Origin: Bdellovibrionales bacterium RIFOXYD12_FULL_39_22
GTDB lineage: Bacteria > Bdellovibrionota > Bacteriovoracia > Bacteriovoracales > Bacteriovoracaceae
Direction of reading: 5' to 3'
Assembly: GCA_001770205.1 (NCBI GenBank)
Contig: MEQL01000052.1
Coordinates: forward strand, 1 to 64,000
DNA: 64,000 nucleotides
Notes under the pieces: generated by a model
Database searches by the model: none
Told to the model about the DNA's origin: nothing
What the model saw: the letters and a program-made list of their open reading frames with translations, nothing else
Program-made: the position numbers and the translations under genes
Part shown: in pieces, positions 19,433 through 30,322 of the stretch
Layout of the letters: each line of letters opens with the position of its first letter
How positions within the stretch are numbered: the first letter of the stretch is position 1

Positions 19433-21222
19433 CTCTTAGGTATTTTATCTACATTGGCAACAACTTGATCAGCGTTACTAACAACTTCAATCGGAGCGTC
19501 TTCTTTTATATTCATAGTCTGCTTGAGTCGATCCTTATTTTCCTGTTCTTTGGTATTTGCCGCATTAACACAGCGACGCAATAGCTTTCGCTGATTCTCA
19601 TCTACCGAGTGAATTAATCCTCTATAGGTATATTTGTAATCTTTATCAACAATTCGTAAGGTCCTTGCACGCATTTTGCTAGGAACAAGAGTAATATACA
19701 TTGTGGTTGGAATATCTAGACGTATTACCGAGTAATATTCCAGTGGATAACGAGAACTAATGGCAACATCTACTTCTGAAAGGCCAGTTAAAAATATGTC
19801 ATCCACTAAACTTCCAAAATATAAAGAATCTTCGCCAGAGATAAATATACTATCTTCTTGAAATGTTTTCTTACTAACCTTTAAGTACTTTGCAGGATCT
19901 TTGGCCTTTAATGACTTAATTACTTTATCAACATGCTGGTCCCGTTTTTTTTTGCTAATATTGAATTTATTATCACCTAGCTTATTCACCACTTCCGTAC
20001 TAAGTGCAGCACTAATAGGAGTATAACCTTCATAGTTCATTGAGTCTTTAAGTGCTATCGGATCAATTGAGCTATTGAATGAAAAAATTTCTGCATCAAT
20101 CTTATTCATTTTAAGTGTTTGCACAATTTCTTTAAAGACTTTTAAATCATTACTGCCACGAGGAATAAGTGGTAATCTATTCTTCTTTCGCAACTCATTC
20201 CTATGAGACCAGGGAGCTTCGGCCTTTTGTTTGGCCTCCTGAGCTAATACCTCATTTTTATCCTCATCATCAAAAACAAAAAATATTAGCTGCGGCCGAT
20301 ATTTTATAATCTCTTTTTCAGGATCAATTAAAGTCGACTGCACATTAATCACAAAGTTGTGATCTGCTAACATCGCTTTTTGCTTATACTCTAAACGGCG
20401 ATCAATAACCATAACGCGAATTTCTTTTTGTGTTATATAATATGCCTGCTGCGTCTTTAGCCAAGTGGCCAGCGCTCGCTTAATATTAACACATCTCTCT
20501 TCTCGTTCTTTTTCTCGCCGCTCTTTTTCCGTGACTGCCTCATTTTTCAGTTCTTCTAATGGAGGAGCATACTCCCAGATTGCAACATAGTGATTACTAC
20601 GCAATGGGTTGACGACAAATTCTTTTTTTATAGTAATAGAGACCCCTGTGTATGGTAAAGACTTTTCTGGAATAGCAAATCTTAATTCACAGCGATCCTT
20701 ATCAACTAAGGCCACATCCGACTCAAACTCTACTGAGCCAACTAAAATCTTATTCACATTGGCCACATGAAAGGCCTTTATTTTAAATTCTAAATCTGCT
20801 CGCGCATATTTTGGTTCATTAACTTCTTCGGGACATAAAACTGCTAGCGCATCATAAACCAAACCATCCAGCTCAACTTGTTTAAAATGATTAAAATGAA
20901 CGCCCGCATTTATTGCACGTCGCAAGCTAATGTTTCTATCATCTAATCCTAAAAGCCCAACGATAACAATGTGGCGAGTACTATTATCCATGCGCAGCAA
21001 GCGAATAAGTTCCAAATGCCTGACTGTATTAACCGAGTAGTCAACATATAGGATATCTATACATCTGCCACTAAGTTTAAAAAAAAGCTCTATGGGTGCT
21101 GCGGCCGGATCAAAAAAGGAGTCAAAAGAATATTTTAAATACTCATATTTCTTTTTAAAAAAATCTTGAATGTTCTGCCAGTAACGAAAATCATCACCAA
21201 CATACACAACTATTTTTTCCAT
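19429..21222 (-). CDS. Hypothetical protein with degenerate receiver-like domains
   Basis: 597 aa; IVVYVGDD...IDILYVDY at the N-terminus and a second RVMVID...PQLIFFVFD unit. Confidence 0.5.
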   Translation of the reverse strand: MEKIVVYVGDDFRYWQNIQDFFKKKYEYLKYSFDSFFDPAAAPIELFFKLSGRCIDILYVDYSVNTVRHLELIRLLRMDNSTRHIVIVGLLGLDDRNISLRRAINAGVHFNHFKQVELDGLVYDALAVLCPEEVNEPKYARADLEFKIKAFHVANVNKILVGSVEFESDVALVDKDRCELRFAIPEKSLPYTGVSITIKKEFVVNPLRSNHYVAIWEYAPPLEELKNEAVTEKERREKEREERCVNIKRALATWLKTQQAYYITQKEIRVMVIDRRLEYKQKAMLADHNFVINVQSTLIDPEKEIIKYRPQLIFFVFDDEDKNEVLAQEAKQKAEAPWSHRNELRKKNRLPLIPRGSNDLKVFKEIVQTLKMNKIDAEIFSFNSSIDPIALKDSMNYEGYTPISAALSTEVVNKLGDNKFNISKKKRDQHVDKVIKSLKAKDPAKYLKVSKKTFQEDSIFISGEDSLYFGSLVDDIFLTGLSEVDVAISSRYPLEYYSVIRLDIPTTMYITLVPSKMRARTLRIVDKDYKYTYRGLIHSVDENQRKLLRRCVNAANTKEQENKDRLKQTMNIKEDAPIEVVSNADQVVANVDKIPKS

Positions 21223-21313
21223 AATAATTTATTCTATAACTATCCTTCTTTGGAGTATATTATACTAGGACGTATAAAAATGTGTTACCGAATTATAAAA
21301 CAAAGATAAAAAT

Positions 21314-22450
21314 ATGAAGTCAATCAACAGAGCGAATCTGTCATGTAATATCCATCGAGTTGTAATCAAGCTTGGTTCTCTGGCAGTAACCAAAGAAGAT
21401 GGTGACATAAAACTTGATAACCTTAAAAGCTTTGTCGAAGATATTGCTGCTCTTAAAAAGTCAAATCCAAAAACGGAAATTGTTATCGTTACTTCCGGTG
21501 CCGTTAACGCTGGTAAGTCCTTCTTGGCACTTGACGATTTAACCTCCAATAAAGAGATGGCCATTAAACAGGCCGCGGCCGCAATTGGTCAACCGCTGCT
21601 AATGCATGTTTACTCCGAATTATTTAAAGGCCAGCAACTAACCGTGGCACAAATTCTTCTCATTCATGATGATATAAAAAACAAAGTGCGTTATCTCAAT
21701 ACGAAAAATTGCCTACAAAATTTAATGCAAAATAACATTATTCCCATTATTAACGAAAATGATACCGTTAGTTTCGAAGAAATCAGCGTTGGTGATAACG
21801 ATAATCTTGCTATTATGATTGCAGAACTCATCAGTGCGGATTTGATCTTGTTTTTAACTGAGGCAGATGGACTTTTTACTAAAAACCCAAAGGAAGATGG
21901 GGCCAAAAAATTTGAAACTGTTGCTTTGGAATCATTCAATATTGATGAAATTGATCTTTCCACTAAAACTTCTGTGGGCAGAGGCGGAATGCGCTCAAAA
22001 TTTGAGTCCATTCGCAAAGTCAACAAACTAGGAATTACCGTCATTATTGCTACCTATGAACGAGCAAGGCCAATCATGACGGCCATTACCTCCGAAGTTG
22101 GAACACTATTTCTTCCCTATCAGCAAAAAATTAAAAAACGTAAGTCTAGACTACTAACCACTTTAAAAAAACACAGCGCTATCATTATCGATGATGGTGC
22201 CTGGAAGGCCTTAAAATCTAATGCCTCTTTACTGGCCATCGGAATAAAAAATGTTCGTGGAGAATTTAAACGCGGTGATACGGTGGCCATTGAAATTAAT
22301 AAAAACACCATCGCCAGTGGTTTGGTTGAATATGATAGTTTTGAGATAAAAAAAATAATGGGACAAAAAAGCAGTACTTTCAAAAACCTGCTAGAAACTT
22401 ACCACTCTGACGTAATAATTCATAAAGACAACCTCATAATAATTGAATAA
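21314..22450 (+). CDS. proB: Glutamate 5-kinase with PUA domain
   Basis: VVIKLGS, VTSGAV, AAIGQ, INENDTV, GDNDNL, GGMRSK; C-terminal PUA. Confidence 0.97.
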   Translation: MKSINRANLSCNIHRVVIKLGSLAVTKEDGDIKLDNLKSFVEDIAALKKSNPKTEIVIVTSGAVNAGKSFLALDDLTSNKEMAIKQAAAAIGQPLLMHVYSELFKGQQLTVAQILLIHDDIKNKVRYLNTKNCLQNLMQNNIIPIINENDTVSFEEISVGDNDNLAIMIAELISADLILFLTEADGLFTKNPKEDGAKKFETVALESFNIDEIDLSTKTSVGRGGMRSKFESIRKVNKLGITVIIATYERARPIMTAITSEVGTLFLPYQQKIKKRKSRLLTTLKKHSAIIIDDGAWKALKSNASLLAIGIKNVRGEFKRGDTVAIEINKNTIASGLVEYDSFEIKKIMGQKSSTFKNLLETYHSDVIIHKDNLIIIE

Positions 22451-22466
22451 TAAACAGCGAGAAATT

Positions 22467-23702
22467 ATGGATATTTTACAACTAGCAAAAAAGGCCAAGG
22501 AAGCAGAAAATAAGTTACGCCACTTCTCTTCGCAAAACAAAACAGAGGCAATACTTTCTATTGCTGCTCACCTACAACAACGACTTGGTGAAATTATCGC
22601 TGCCAACAAACAAGATATTGAGACTGCCCAGGCCAACAATTTATCTTCGGCAATGATAGATCGCCTAACTCTCAATGAGCAACGAGTGATGGCCATGATT
22701 AATTCGGCAAAGGAAATTGCTAACCAAGAAGATCCGGCCTATAAAATTATCGATTCCATCACTCGCCCTAACGGCCTAGTGGTCAAAAAACAATTAGTCC
22801 CCATTGGCGTAGTTGCTATGATTTTTGAGAGTCGTCCCAACGTAGTCATCGATGCCGCGGCCTTGGCCATTCGCTCTTCTAATATTTTAATCTTAAAAGG
22901 AGGAAAAGAGGCCCACCATAGTAATAAGAAATTAGCAGAAATAGTCATTGATGCAATAACTCCTCATCTTTGCCCGAACGTGATAAATATGGTTAGTAGT
23001 AAAGAAGAAATCTCTCAACTTATTAAGCTCAATCAATATATCGATTTAATTATCCCGCGTGGTGGTGAAAAACTAGTGAATTTTATAATCCAAAATTCTA
23101 GCATCCCGGTTATTGCACATAACAAAGGCCTATGTCATACCTACATCCACTTTGATGCAGATTATGATTTAGCAGAAAAAATAGCTCTCAATGCTAAGGT
23201 ACAAAGGCCTGGCGTATGCAATGCCACCGAAACTTTACTAATACATAATAAGTGGCCTTCCCCATACATATCACAAATCATCCAGGCCTTTCTTACTCAT
23301 GAAGTAGAGATCCGCGGATGTCCCGCTATTCAAAAATATGATGTCAATATTAAGGCCGCTAGCGAAGACGATTGGAATACCGAGTATCTTAGTAAGATTT
23401 TATCTATCAAAATTGTCGATTCTTTAGAAAATGGCATCGCACATATTCAGAGATATGGCAGTAAGCATACCGAGGCATTTATTGGGAAAGAAAAAAATGC
23501 CATTGCCAAATTCCAACAAGAGATTGATGCTTCTTGTATTGTGATTAATAGTTCTACTCGCTTTAATGACGGCGGAGAACTCGGTCTCGGTGCAGAACTG
23601 GGTATTTCTACCAATAAACTACATGCCTATGGGCCAATGGGAGCACGCGAATTAACTATTCCACGTTTTGTGGTAATTGGACAAGGACAGATACGAAAAT
23701 GA
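22467..23702 (+). CDS. proA: Gamma-glutamyl phosphate reductase
   Basis: FESRPNV, IPRGG, RPGVCNATET, STRFNDGGELGLGAELGIST; ATG 22467 preferred. Confidence 0.97.
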   Translation: MDILQLAKKAKEAENKLRHFSSQNKTEAILSIAAHLQQRLGEIIAANKQDIETAQANNLSSAMIDRLTLNEQRVMAMINSAKEIANQEDPAYKIIDSITRPNGLVVKKQLVPIGVVAMIFESRPNVVIDAAALAIRSSNILILKGGKEAHHSNKKLAEIVIDAITPHLCPNVINMVSSKEEISQLIKLNQYIDLIIPRGGEKLVNFIIQNSSIPVIAHNKGLCHTYIHFDADYDLAEKIALNAKVQRPGVCNATETLLIHNKWPSPYISQIIQAFLTHEVEIRGCPAIQKYDVNIKAASEDDWNTEYLSKILSIKIVDSLENGIAHIQRYGSKHTEAFIGKEKNAIAKFQQEIDASCIVINSSTRFNDGGELGLGAELGISTNKLHAYGPMGARELTIPRFVVIGQGQIRK

Positions 23703-26368
23703 AAAAGCAAACTCTGATTTTTATTTTGGCAATTTTGTTAACTGCCATTTTATCAACTATCGCCAATGCCGTAGTTCCAAATGATCGCGACTATTTTTAC
23801 TTTGAACGCGGCAACTACCAATACATTTTTCCCGAAGAACATAAAGATTTAGCATTCAAAATATCGCTGCTCAATGAGGAAATAACTAATCTGTATGAAC
23901 AGGATTTTAATTGGCATCTTGATGGCCAAACCTCAATGGTGCTAACTTCCTCAAAAAATCAAATCGCCAACGCCTATGCCACTATTCTTCCATTCAACTT
24001 AACTACTTTTTTTGGTGGCGGCATTGAGTTAATTGATAACTTTGCGGAAAAATCTTGGGTAACAGGCCTATTAACTCACGAAACTGCCCACCTCTACCAA
24101 CTTAATATAAAACGTGGACTGGCCCAAACGGCCCACTCCCTTTTTGGTAATCAACCCTTCATCTGGCCATTTATGAATCTCCCTTTCTTTTGGATTTTTC
24201 CCTCTCCAAATATGCTTCTTCCCAAGCTGATAATCGAAGGTAATGCCGTTTTACATGAATCTCGTTTTGGCAATGGTGGTCGCCTATATAGTGGCGAAGA
24301 AAACGCTCTTTTTTTCGCCACACTTCGCAGTGATATCATGGATAAAACCGGGATGATTAACTCACAACTAGAATTCCCTTATGATCATGGCAAATATCTC
24401 TTTGGTGGCCACTTTTTTCTATATCTGGCCAGTAAATATAGTGTGCAAAAAGTTGATGAAATTTTTTATCACCATGGAGATAATTACATAAATCCTCTAA
24501 TTCTAAATGATGCGATAATTAAAGCATTAGGCCTAGACCTCTACGAACTACTCAACGATTTTTTGACCGAAAAAAAGATGCAGGCCATGGAACAAAAATA
24601 TATATCTTCAGACACGGCAATACTTGCTACCACTATTTCCTACTCTCCAATGAACAAAGTTAATGGGCAAATTTTAGTTATGGCCAATAACGATGGCCGC
24701 TCTCCACTACAACTTTTAACCTACAACATAACTGATAGCTCTGTTGTAAAAAAAGAAATCGATCTTCCCGATGGAAAAGTCTTTATCGTTGATGGCCGGC
24801 CAGTTACCGCCACCGCCTCTTACATTGGAAAAAACAACACCATCGAATATTCATTATGGGAAGATGGGATGATCCCGCTCCCGGCCTTTAACTCCAAGGC
24901 AGTGCAAGATTTAAAAGGGCAAAAACTTCTTTATGTCGATGTTCCCACCTCATTTGACACCTATCACCTCTATCTAAATGATAAACTAATTGGCGAAACA
25001 AACTCTTCTGCATTATTAGACGAAAACGAAAATGCCTACTACTTCAAGCAAGAAGGCAATACTCGCTCACTATTTAAAAACGATACAACACTTTTTTCCT
25101 ATGATGGATATTACGGTAAACTAGTAGAGATAACTAATGATAATATCTTCTTTATCGCCTCCAGCAAATTGGGCTCTTCTCTATTTAGATACTCTTTTGC
25201 CACAAAAAAAATAACTCGCGAATTACCATTTGATACCATTGTTGATGCCAAAGTGATTGCTACTAATAAATTTATCGTCACTGAAGTTACTGCCTCTGGT
25301 TATGAATATAAAGTAGTAAATTCATCTGAAGAGTCGATCGCCGAGACTCCTTTCTATCAACAACTTTCCATTGACACAAATCAACTAGAAACGCTGAACA
25401 AAAAAATTACTTCTCAAGATAATCCTCCTGAAATAAAAAAATACTCTCCTCTTGGCAATCTACGTTTTCAGGGTTGGAATTTATCTACCGTTCTTTCCAA
25501 TAAGAATGCGCTCAGTTTTGCTATTGCTTCGGCCTGGACAGATCCTTTAGGACAAAATATTGTCTCTTTAAATCTAAATCGTGACAGTATTGACGAAAAC
25601 AATAGTGCTAATGCTACTTACTACAATAGCAAATATCTACTCCACTGGGGAGTTGCTTCTACCTTCGAAAATAACTATTCAAATACTAATACTAATGATC
25701 TTCTTTTTTCTTTGTTGGCAGATCTACCATTTTTTCAAAGAGGAAATATTGGAGCATCCATTAATAGCAAGGCCAGTATTAACGCGCTAGATTCAGAAGA
25801 TCGAAATTGGATTATTTCGACCTCTATTTTCAAAACAAAATCCTATCCACTCTCTCTCTTCCCATATCGCGATATAAAACTCACACTGGGCGCAGAACAA
25901 GTGGACAAAATTGAACAAAAATATTTTGCGGCCGGCCACCTTATTTACGACTTATACAAAGAAAATATTTTCTCCTTAGATTTTGAACTGCAAAAATCTA
26001 ATCAAGATATTACCGAAACTGGTTATTATGAAAATACAATTCCTCACAACGAATATAGCATTTTCAATCCTGAGGCCAACAATCTCTTTTTGCGCACCGG
26101 AGTAATGTACCAATTAGTCATTAATCAGGGGATCTACTTTACAAAATTCCCAATAGGCCTACGACGCATTATCCCTTCTATTTTTACTTGCGGATATTTT
26201 GTTAACCCACTCGCCAAAAGTTATAACATCTTCACCGGCGGAGTCGGCCTTGATGGTGAATTTCTAATTGCTCACAATTTTCCGGCACTTCTGGGAGTAA
26301 AATTAACCCGCGAATATTCTTTGAATAATGAGCTATACGGAGAATTAACTTTCAAGACAAGTTTCTAG
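23699..26368 (+). CDS. Secreted/outer-membrane protein with N-terminal zincin-like domain, propeller-like middle and probable C-terminal beta-barrel
   Basis: Signal peptide; THETAH plus IIEGNAV; alternating-strand C-terminus ending in Phe. Confidence 0.6.
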   Translation: MKKQTLIFILAILLTAILSTIANAVVPNDRDYFYFERGNYQYIFPEEHKDLAFKISLLNEEITNLYEQDFNWHLDGQTSMVLTSSKNQIANAYATILPFNLTTFFGGGIELIDNFAEKSWVTGLLTHETAHLYQLNIKRGLAQTAHSLFGNQPFIWPFMNLPFFWIFPSPNMLLPKLIIEGNAVLHESRFGNGGRLYSGEENALFFATLRSDIMDKTGMINSQLEFPYDHGKYLFGGHFFLYLASKYSVQKVDEIFYHHGDNYINPLILNDAIIKALGLDLYELLNDFLTEKKMQAMEQKYISSDTAILATTISYSPMNKVNGQILVMANNDGRSPLQLLTYNITDSSVVKKEIDLPDGKVFIVDGRPVTATASYIGKNNTIEYSLWEDGMIPLPAFNSKAVQDLKGQKLLYVDVPTSFDTYHLYLNDKLIGETNSSALLDENENAYYFKQEGNTRSLFKNDTTLFSYDGYYGKLVEITNDNIFFIASSKLGSSLFRYSFATKKITRELPFDTIVDAKVIATNKFIVTEVTASGYEYKVVNSSEESIAETPFYQQLSIDTNQLETLNKKITSQDNPPEIKKYSPLGNLRFQGWNLSTVLSNKNALSFAIASAWTDPLGQNIVSLNLNRDSIDENNSANATYYNSKYLLHWGVASTFENNYSNTNTNDLLFSLLADLPFFQRGNIGASINSKASINALDSEDRNWIISTSIFKTKSYPLSLFPYRDIKLTLGAEQVDKIEQKYFAAGHLIYDLYKENIFSLDFELQKSNQDITETGYYENTIPHNEYSIFNPEANNLFLRTGVMYQLVINQGIYFTKFPIGLRRIIPSIFTCGYFVNPLAKSYNIFTGGVGLDGEFLIAHNFPALLGVKLTREYSLNNELYGELTFKTSF

Positions 26369-27807
26369 GCAGTAGGCCAGACCGAAAACACTACGCAATT
26401 ACGCCCATGTTCTTTGGCCAAATAGAGATTTTTGTCCATCAATTCAACAAAGTACTTAAAGACATCTTCTCCCCATTCCATAGGGCGCAACTTTTCACTT
26501 TTAATACTAACGCCGCCTAAACTCGCGGTAACTCGCAACAACTCTGATTCATTTTTAATATTGGCCACCGAAGATTCTTCGATATTTGCCCGTAGTTTTT
26601 CCAAAACAATTTTAACTCCAATACCATCGGTCTGCGGTAAAATGATAACAAACTCTTCCCCCCCATAGCGAGCAATGAAGTCAACTGCTCGCAAAGTTCT
26701 TCGCAACACTTTAGACACATGCCTTAAAACTTCATCGCCTTGTTGATGCCCATAGGTATCATTAAATTTTTTAAAAAAATCAATATCCAAAATGATAATT
26801 CCAAATTCATATAAGTGTCGGCGAGCTCGCTCAAATTCTAAATGAAACCTCTCTTTAAAAGCTCTATAGTTTTTTAATCCGGTCATTGGATCAATGGTGG
26901 CCAACTTAAATAATTCATCCCTCTGCTTTTGCACAGAGTCTAACTCTTTTTCCGCCTGTGACTTATCTTCCAGCTCCCTGGCATACTTATCTTTCAAATT
27001 GATTTCCAAAGAAACATTGTGCAAATAAATAATCCACCGCTTGCGAAAACTTGGCGCTGTATAATCCGGCAAAATTAAAATTTGTAACGTGCCACTTTCT
27101 GAATTATGCGTAGTATAATTTGATTCAATTATCTGTGTCGGATTGTTATATCCGACCACCCCATCTTTCATACAAAATAAATTGGTATTCTCAAATAAAA
27201 TTAAATCATAAATAAATGGGTTTTTAGTTAACAAGCGCTTTTGAGAGAACCCCAGTAAGTTTGCCGCGAAATCATTCCCATAATGGATTCGCTTTTTTTC
27301 ATCGATAACAAGTATGGCAGATTGAAAATTGTTGAAATTGGAGTATTGATACAGATCGTGTAGTGGTAGAAATTTAGTATAAGAAGAAAAATCAACCAAC
27401 GGAGTACTTTCACCCAAGCACCCTTCGCACTTTATTTTCTGATCAGACAACAGCATCTTAGTATCTAAGTCTATCTCTGAACTAACAACAAAGCGCTCAC
27501 TGATTTTAGAGCACTTGTTACAACAATACGGAATATAAAAACTTTTAATAACAAAACTACTATCTAGTGCAGAGAAATCTAAAAGATTATATTTTTCTAA
27601 AAAAGAGAAACCAACATGAGAGGCAGACACCTGCCCTTTTGACTCGGCCATTAGTGATAGATATTTTTTTATAATAACGATTTCATCCATCGTCACAGTG
27701 CCAAGTTTTCGAAAATTTAAAACAATTCCATCGCTACCATCAATACGATCCAGTCGATGATAAAGTTCTAAAAAATCAGAAACATTAGAGATAGAAAGCT
27801 CATCCAT
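26365..27807 (-). CDS. Diguanylate cyclase (STAS-like/Zn-ribbon - PAS - coiled coil - GGEEF)
   Basis: DPMTGLKN, DIDFFKKFNDTYGH, RAVD I-site, ARYGGEEF, AKEHGRN. Confidence 0.95.
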   Translation of the reverse strand: MDELSISNVSDFLELYHRLDRIDGSDGIVLNFRKLGTVTMDEIVIIKKYLSLMAESKGQVSASHVGFSFLEKYNLLDFSALDSSFVIKSFYIPYCCNKCSKISERFVVSSEIDLDTKMLLSDQKIKCEGCLGESTPLVDFSSYTKFLPLHDLYQYSNFNNFQSAILVIDEKKRIHYGNDFAANLLGFSQKRLLTKNPFIYDLILFENTNLFCMKDGVVGYNNPTQIIESNYTTHNSESGTLQILILPDYTAPSFRKRWIIYLHNVSLEINLKDKYARELEDKSQAEKELDSVQKQRDELFKLATIDPMTGLKNYRAFKERFHLEFERARRHLYEFGIIILDIDFFKKFNDTYGHQQGDEVLRHVSKVLRRTLRAVDFIARYGGEEFVIILPQTDGIGVKIVLEKLRANIEESSVANIKNESELLRVTASLGGVSIKSEKLRPMEWGEDVFKYFVELMDKNLYLAKEHGRNCVVFSVWPTA

Positions 27808-27965
27808 GCAAAATATTATCCCATAAAAAAAGAATTATCATAAAATTTTTGCAACTAGGAAAAAATGGACAGTATATTTAATATGAAATATTAAGTAGAA
27901 TTCCACTTGTTATAAGCAATTACAATGACAACAAAGGCAACAAAAACACCAAGGAGATTTTTATT

Positions 27966-28271
27966 ATGAAGAATTTTTTAATTATTGCAAACACCCTACT
28001 AGCACTATCAACAATTACCTCATGCGCTAATGCCGATAGGTTGACTGATACCGCTAGAGAGATAAAAATTGCAGAAAAACGCAGTATCAGCAACAGCTGC
28101 GAAGTAGTTGGCAGAGTTGAAGGAATCAATAAGGAGGGGTTGGTATCTCTGGCCCAAAATAGATTATTAAATCAGGCCGCCAAAATAGATGCTAACACTG
28201 TAACCATTGATGAGACAGTAACAAATGGCAAAGAACAAAAAGTCATGGGAACGGCATACATCTGTAGATAA
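27966..28271 (+). CDS. Small lipoprotein, DUF4156-like
   Basis: Lipobox ITSC; C..VG.V...A.N...N.AA...AN...AY.C pattern; AGGAG RBS. Confidence 0.75.
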   Translation: MKNFLIIANTLLALSTITSCANADRLTDTAREIKIAEKRSISNSCEVVGRVEGINKEGLVSLAQNRLLNQAAKIDANTVTIDETVTNGKEQKVMGTAYICR

Positions 28272-28283
28272 TGAATGTTATCC

Positions 28284-29327
28284 CTAAAAAGAAATACCTG
28301 CATTTAATAGATACCCAGATCCGGAAATATCTTGGACATCACCGGATCTGGAGAAAGAGAAATAGTTAACATCGAAAAAAATTGACTGAGAAAAGGCAGT
28401 AATAAATGCCCACTCTAATCTCAATTTTCCTCTTGTTTCACTACCAGAGAGAGTAACAGCATCCCCTCCTCCCTCTTCTAATTTGCCACTAGCTGAAAGA
28501 TCTAGCAAATACTCAAACATCAGTAAAATTCTAAAGCGATTAACTATCCAGCGATAAGAAATTCCCAGGCCACTATTTAAAACTGATTCCACTATGACGA
28601 TGGGAACGTCTTCCTCGATTTGTGTTACATAAGGAAAAGAGGAATAACCAAGAGACAAGTATGGATAAAAACCAACAATGCCAGCATCAACCCAGGCAAC
28701 TTCCGTTTTCAAATTGTAAGAAACAGGAAACTCTAATCCATCACTTGCGCTATAAGTGGCCACCGACATTCGATAAGTAAACGCAAGGTCTTCAATCTTC
28801 CATTTTTTCAAATTATGCAAATGAGTAAAATCGTAGTGAATCACCATAGAAGGAATAACTATTGAATTAGTTATAAACTCCTCATTAGTATCTTTTATTT
28901 GACTATACGAATAGCCAGAAGAAATTGCATGTCTATTGGGCCTTTTTTCTATCAGCGCAAAATTATTTTTCTGCGCTTCTGCTTCTGCCAATTTTTTTGC
29001 CTCACCCTCAACGCGCCGTTGTTCTTCCTTCGCAACATAATTTGTTAGTTCTTCATTACTCATCAGCTGTTCTGAAATAAAAATAACTAACGTCGTATTA
29101 ACTGGAACTGCACTCCAATCGGCCACTTGGGAATTTCTTTTTTTTATATCCTCACTTAATTGCATTTTGCTACTTTCATCTGCTGTGGCCACAAACTGGG
29201 CCACAATCTGTTCAAGACTCTCTACCTGTTGAGTAGTGTACTCAATTTTAAAAATCTTGGCCGCGAAACTACTATCATTGACAACTAGACACAAAAATAA
29301 AAAAACAATTCTCTTAAAACGCACCAT
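28284..29327 (-). CDS. Probable outer-membrane beta-barrel protein with N-terminal periplasmic domain
   Basis: Signal peptide from ATG 29327 (GGAGG RBS; ORF track starts at 29405); amphipathic strands; ends LNAGISF. Confidence 0.6.
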   Translation of the reverse strand: MVRFKRIVFLFLCLVVNDSSFAAKIFKIEYTTQQVESLEQIVAQFVATADESSKMQLSEDIKKRNSQVADWSAVPVNTTLVIFISEQLMSNEELTNYVAKEEQRRVEGEAKKLAEAEAQKNNFALIEKRPNRHAISSGYSYSQIKDTNEEFITNSIVIPSMVIHYDFTHLHNLKKWKIEDLAFTYRMSVATYSASDGLEFPVSYNLKTEVAWVDAGIVGFYPYLSLGYSSFPYVTQIEEDVPIVIVESVLNSGLGISYRWIVNRFRILLMFEYLLDLSASGKLEEGGGDAVTLSGSETRGKLRLEWAFITAFSQSIFFDVNYFSFSRSGDVQDISGSGYLLNAGISF

Positions 29328-29391
29328 CACCCTCCAGCTAGCTACAACCACTATTATAATGCTTATTGCTATAGAGTAAAACAAAAACTTA

Positions 29392-30288
29392 TTACCCTTG
29401 CTCAACCATTATAATTATGCAATCACCCTCAACCGTTATGTTACTTAGTGCTGCTGTCGCAACATCATTTAGTAGTTTCTCTTTTATATTAAATATTCCG
29501 GCCTTGGCTTTCAATATTTGAATAACAAGCAAATTACTACTCTCATTAAAAGTTATCATCGCCTCTATTTGCAACCTCACACGAGAAATGGCAGTAAAAT
29601 AGGCCTTTCCTTTTTTAATATTAAGTGACAACTCCTTCATTTTTTCCACATTCCGTGCAAGGTCATGCCTGACAATCTCTACTGTTTGAGCAGTTCGCAA
29701 AGTCTCAAAGATTCGACGCAAAAGTTCTTCTCCTCGCCAATTTGGAGAAGAATTAAATTGCAATTCATTTACCGCCAGATTGCCCTCTTCTAAGCAAGAA
29801 AGTAAAATGCCTTCCAAGAGTTCTTCATTCCCTCTTTCTACCAGCTCTTTTCCCTTGCCTTTTTGATAACAGCCGCCCACTAAGGTATCTATCATAAAAA
29901 AGCTCTGATCAAATCTATCAACAATCATAGATAGATTTTCTATTTTTAACTCTTGCTCATCATTGAATAATAAAGAAAATCTTACCTCCGCCGATGATAG
30001 ATCATTAAAAAATTCCATCGTGTTTTTGTCCGAAAATAAATACTCTTCTCCTGTCTGCTGATTTTGCAAAATAAGTTTTTCCCACTGAAAAAGAATCAAT
30101 TTTCCAAAAAAATTCTGACTATCAATTACCAACTCATCTGTTAACAATTTAAAGCGGTCGGCCGTAATATATCCGCCATAATTATCATACCGCATATTAA
30201 AATTTTTTATTTCTCCTCCCCCAATTCTTTCTACTGCCATCAAGTTTATGGCCAACATCATAAGAATAATCACTCTCAATAATCCCAT
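29392..30288 (-). CDS. Secreted hypothetical protein
   Basis: Signal-peptide-like MGLLRVIILMMLAINLMA; no recognisable motif. Confidence 0.6.
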   Translation of the reverse strand: MGLLRVIILMMLAINLMAVERIGGGEIKNFNMRYDNYGGYITADRFKLLTDELVIDSQNFFGKLILFQWEKLILQNQQTGEEYLFSDKNTMEFFNDLSSAEVRFSLLFNDEQELKIENLSMIVDRFDQSFFMIDTLVGGCYQKGKGKELVERGNEELLEGILLSCLEEGNLAVNELQFNSSPNWRGEELLRRIFETLRTAQTVEIVRHDLARNVEKMKELSLNIKKGKAYFTAISRVRLQIEAMITFNESSNLLVIQILKAKAGIFNIKEKLLNDVATAALSNITVEGDCIIIMVEQG

Positions 30289-30322
30289 TGCAATATCCCT
30301 TTTAAGCGTTGATATATCCTCC

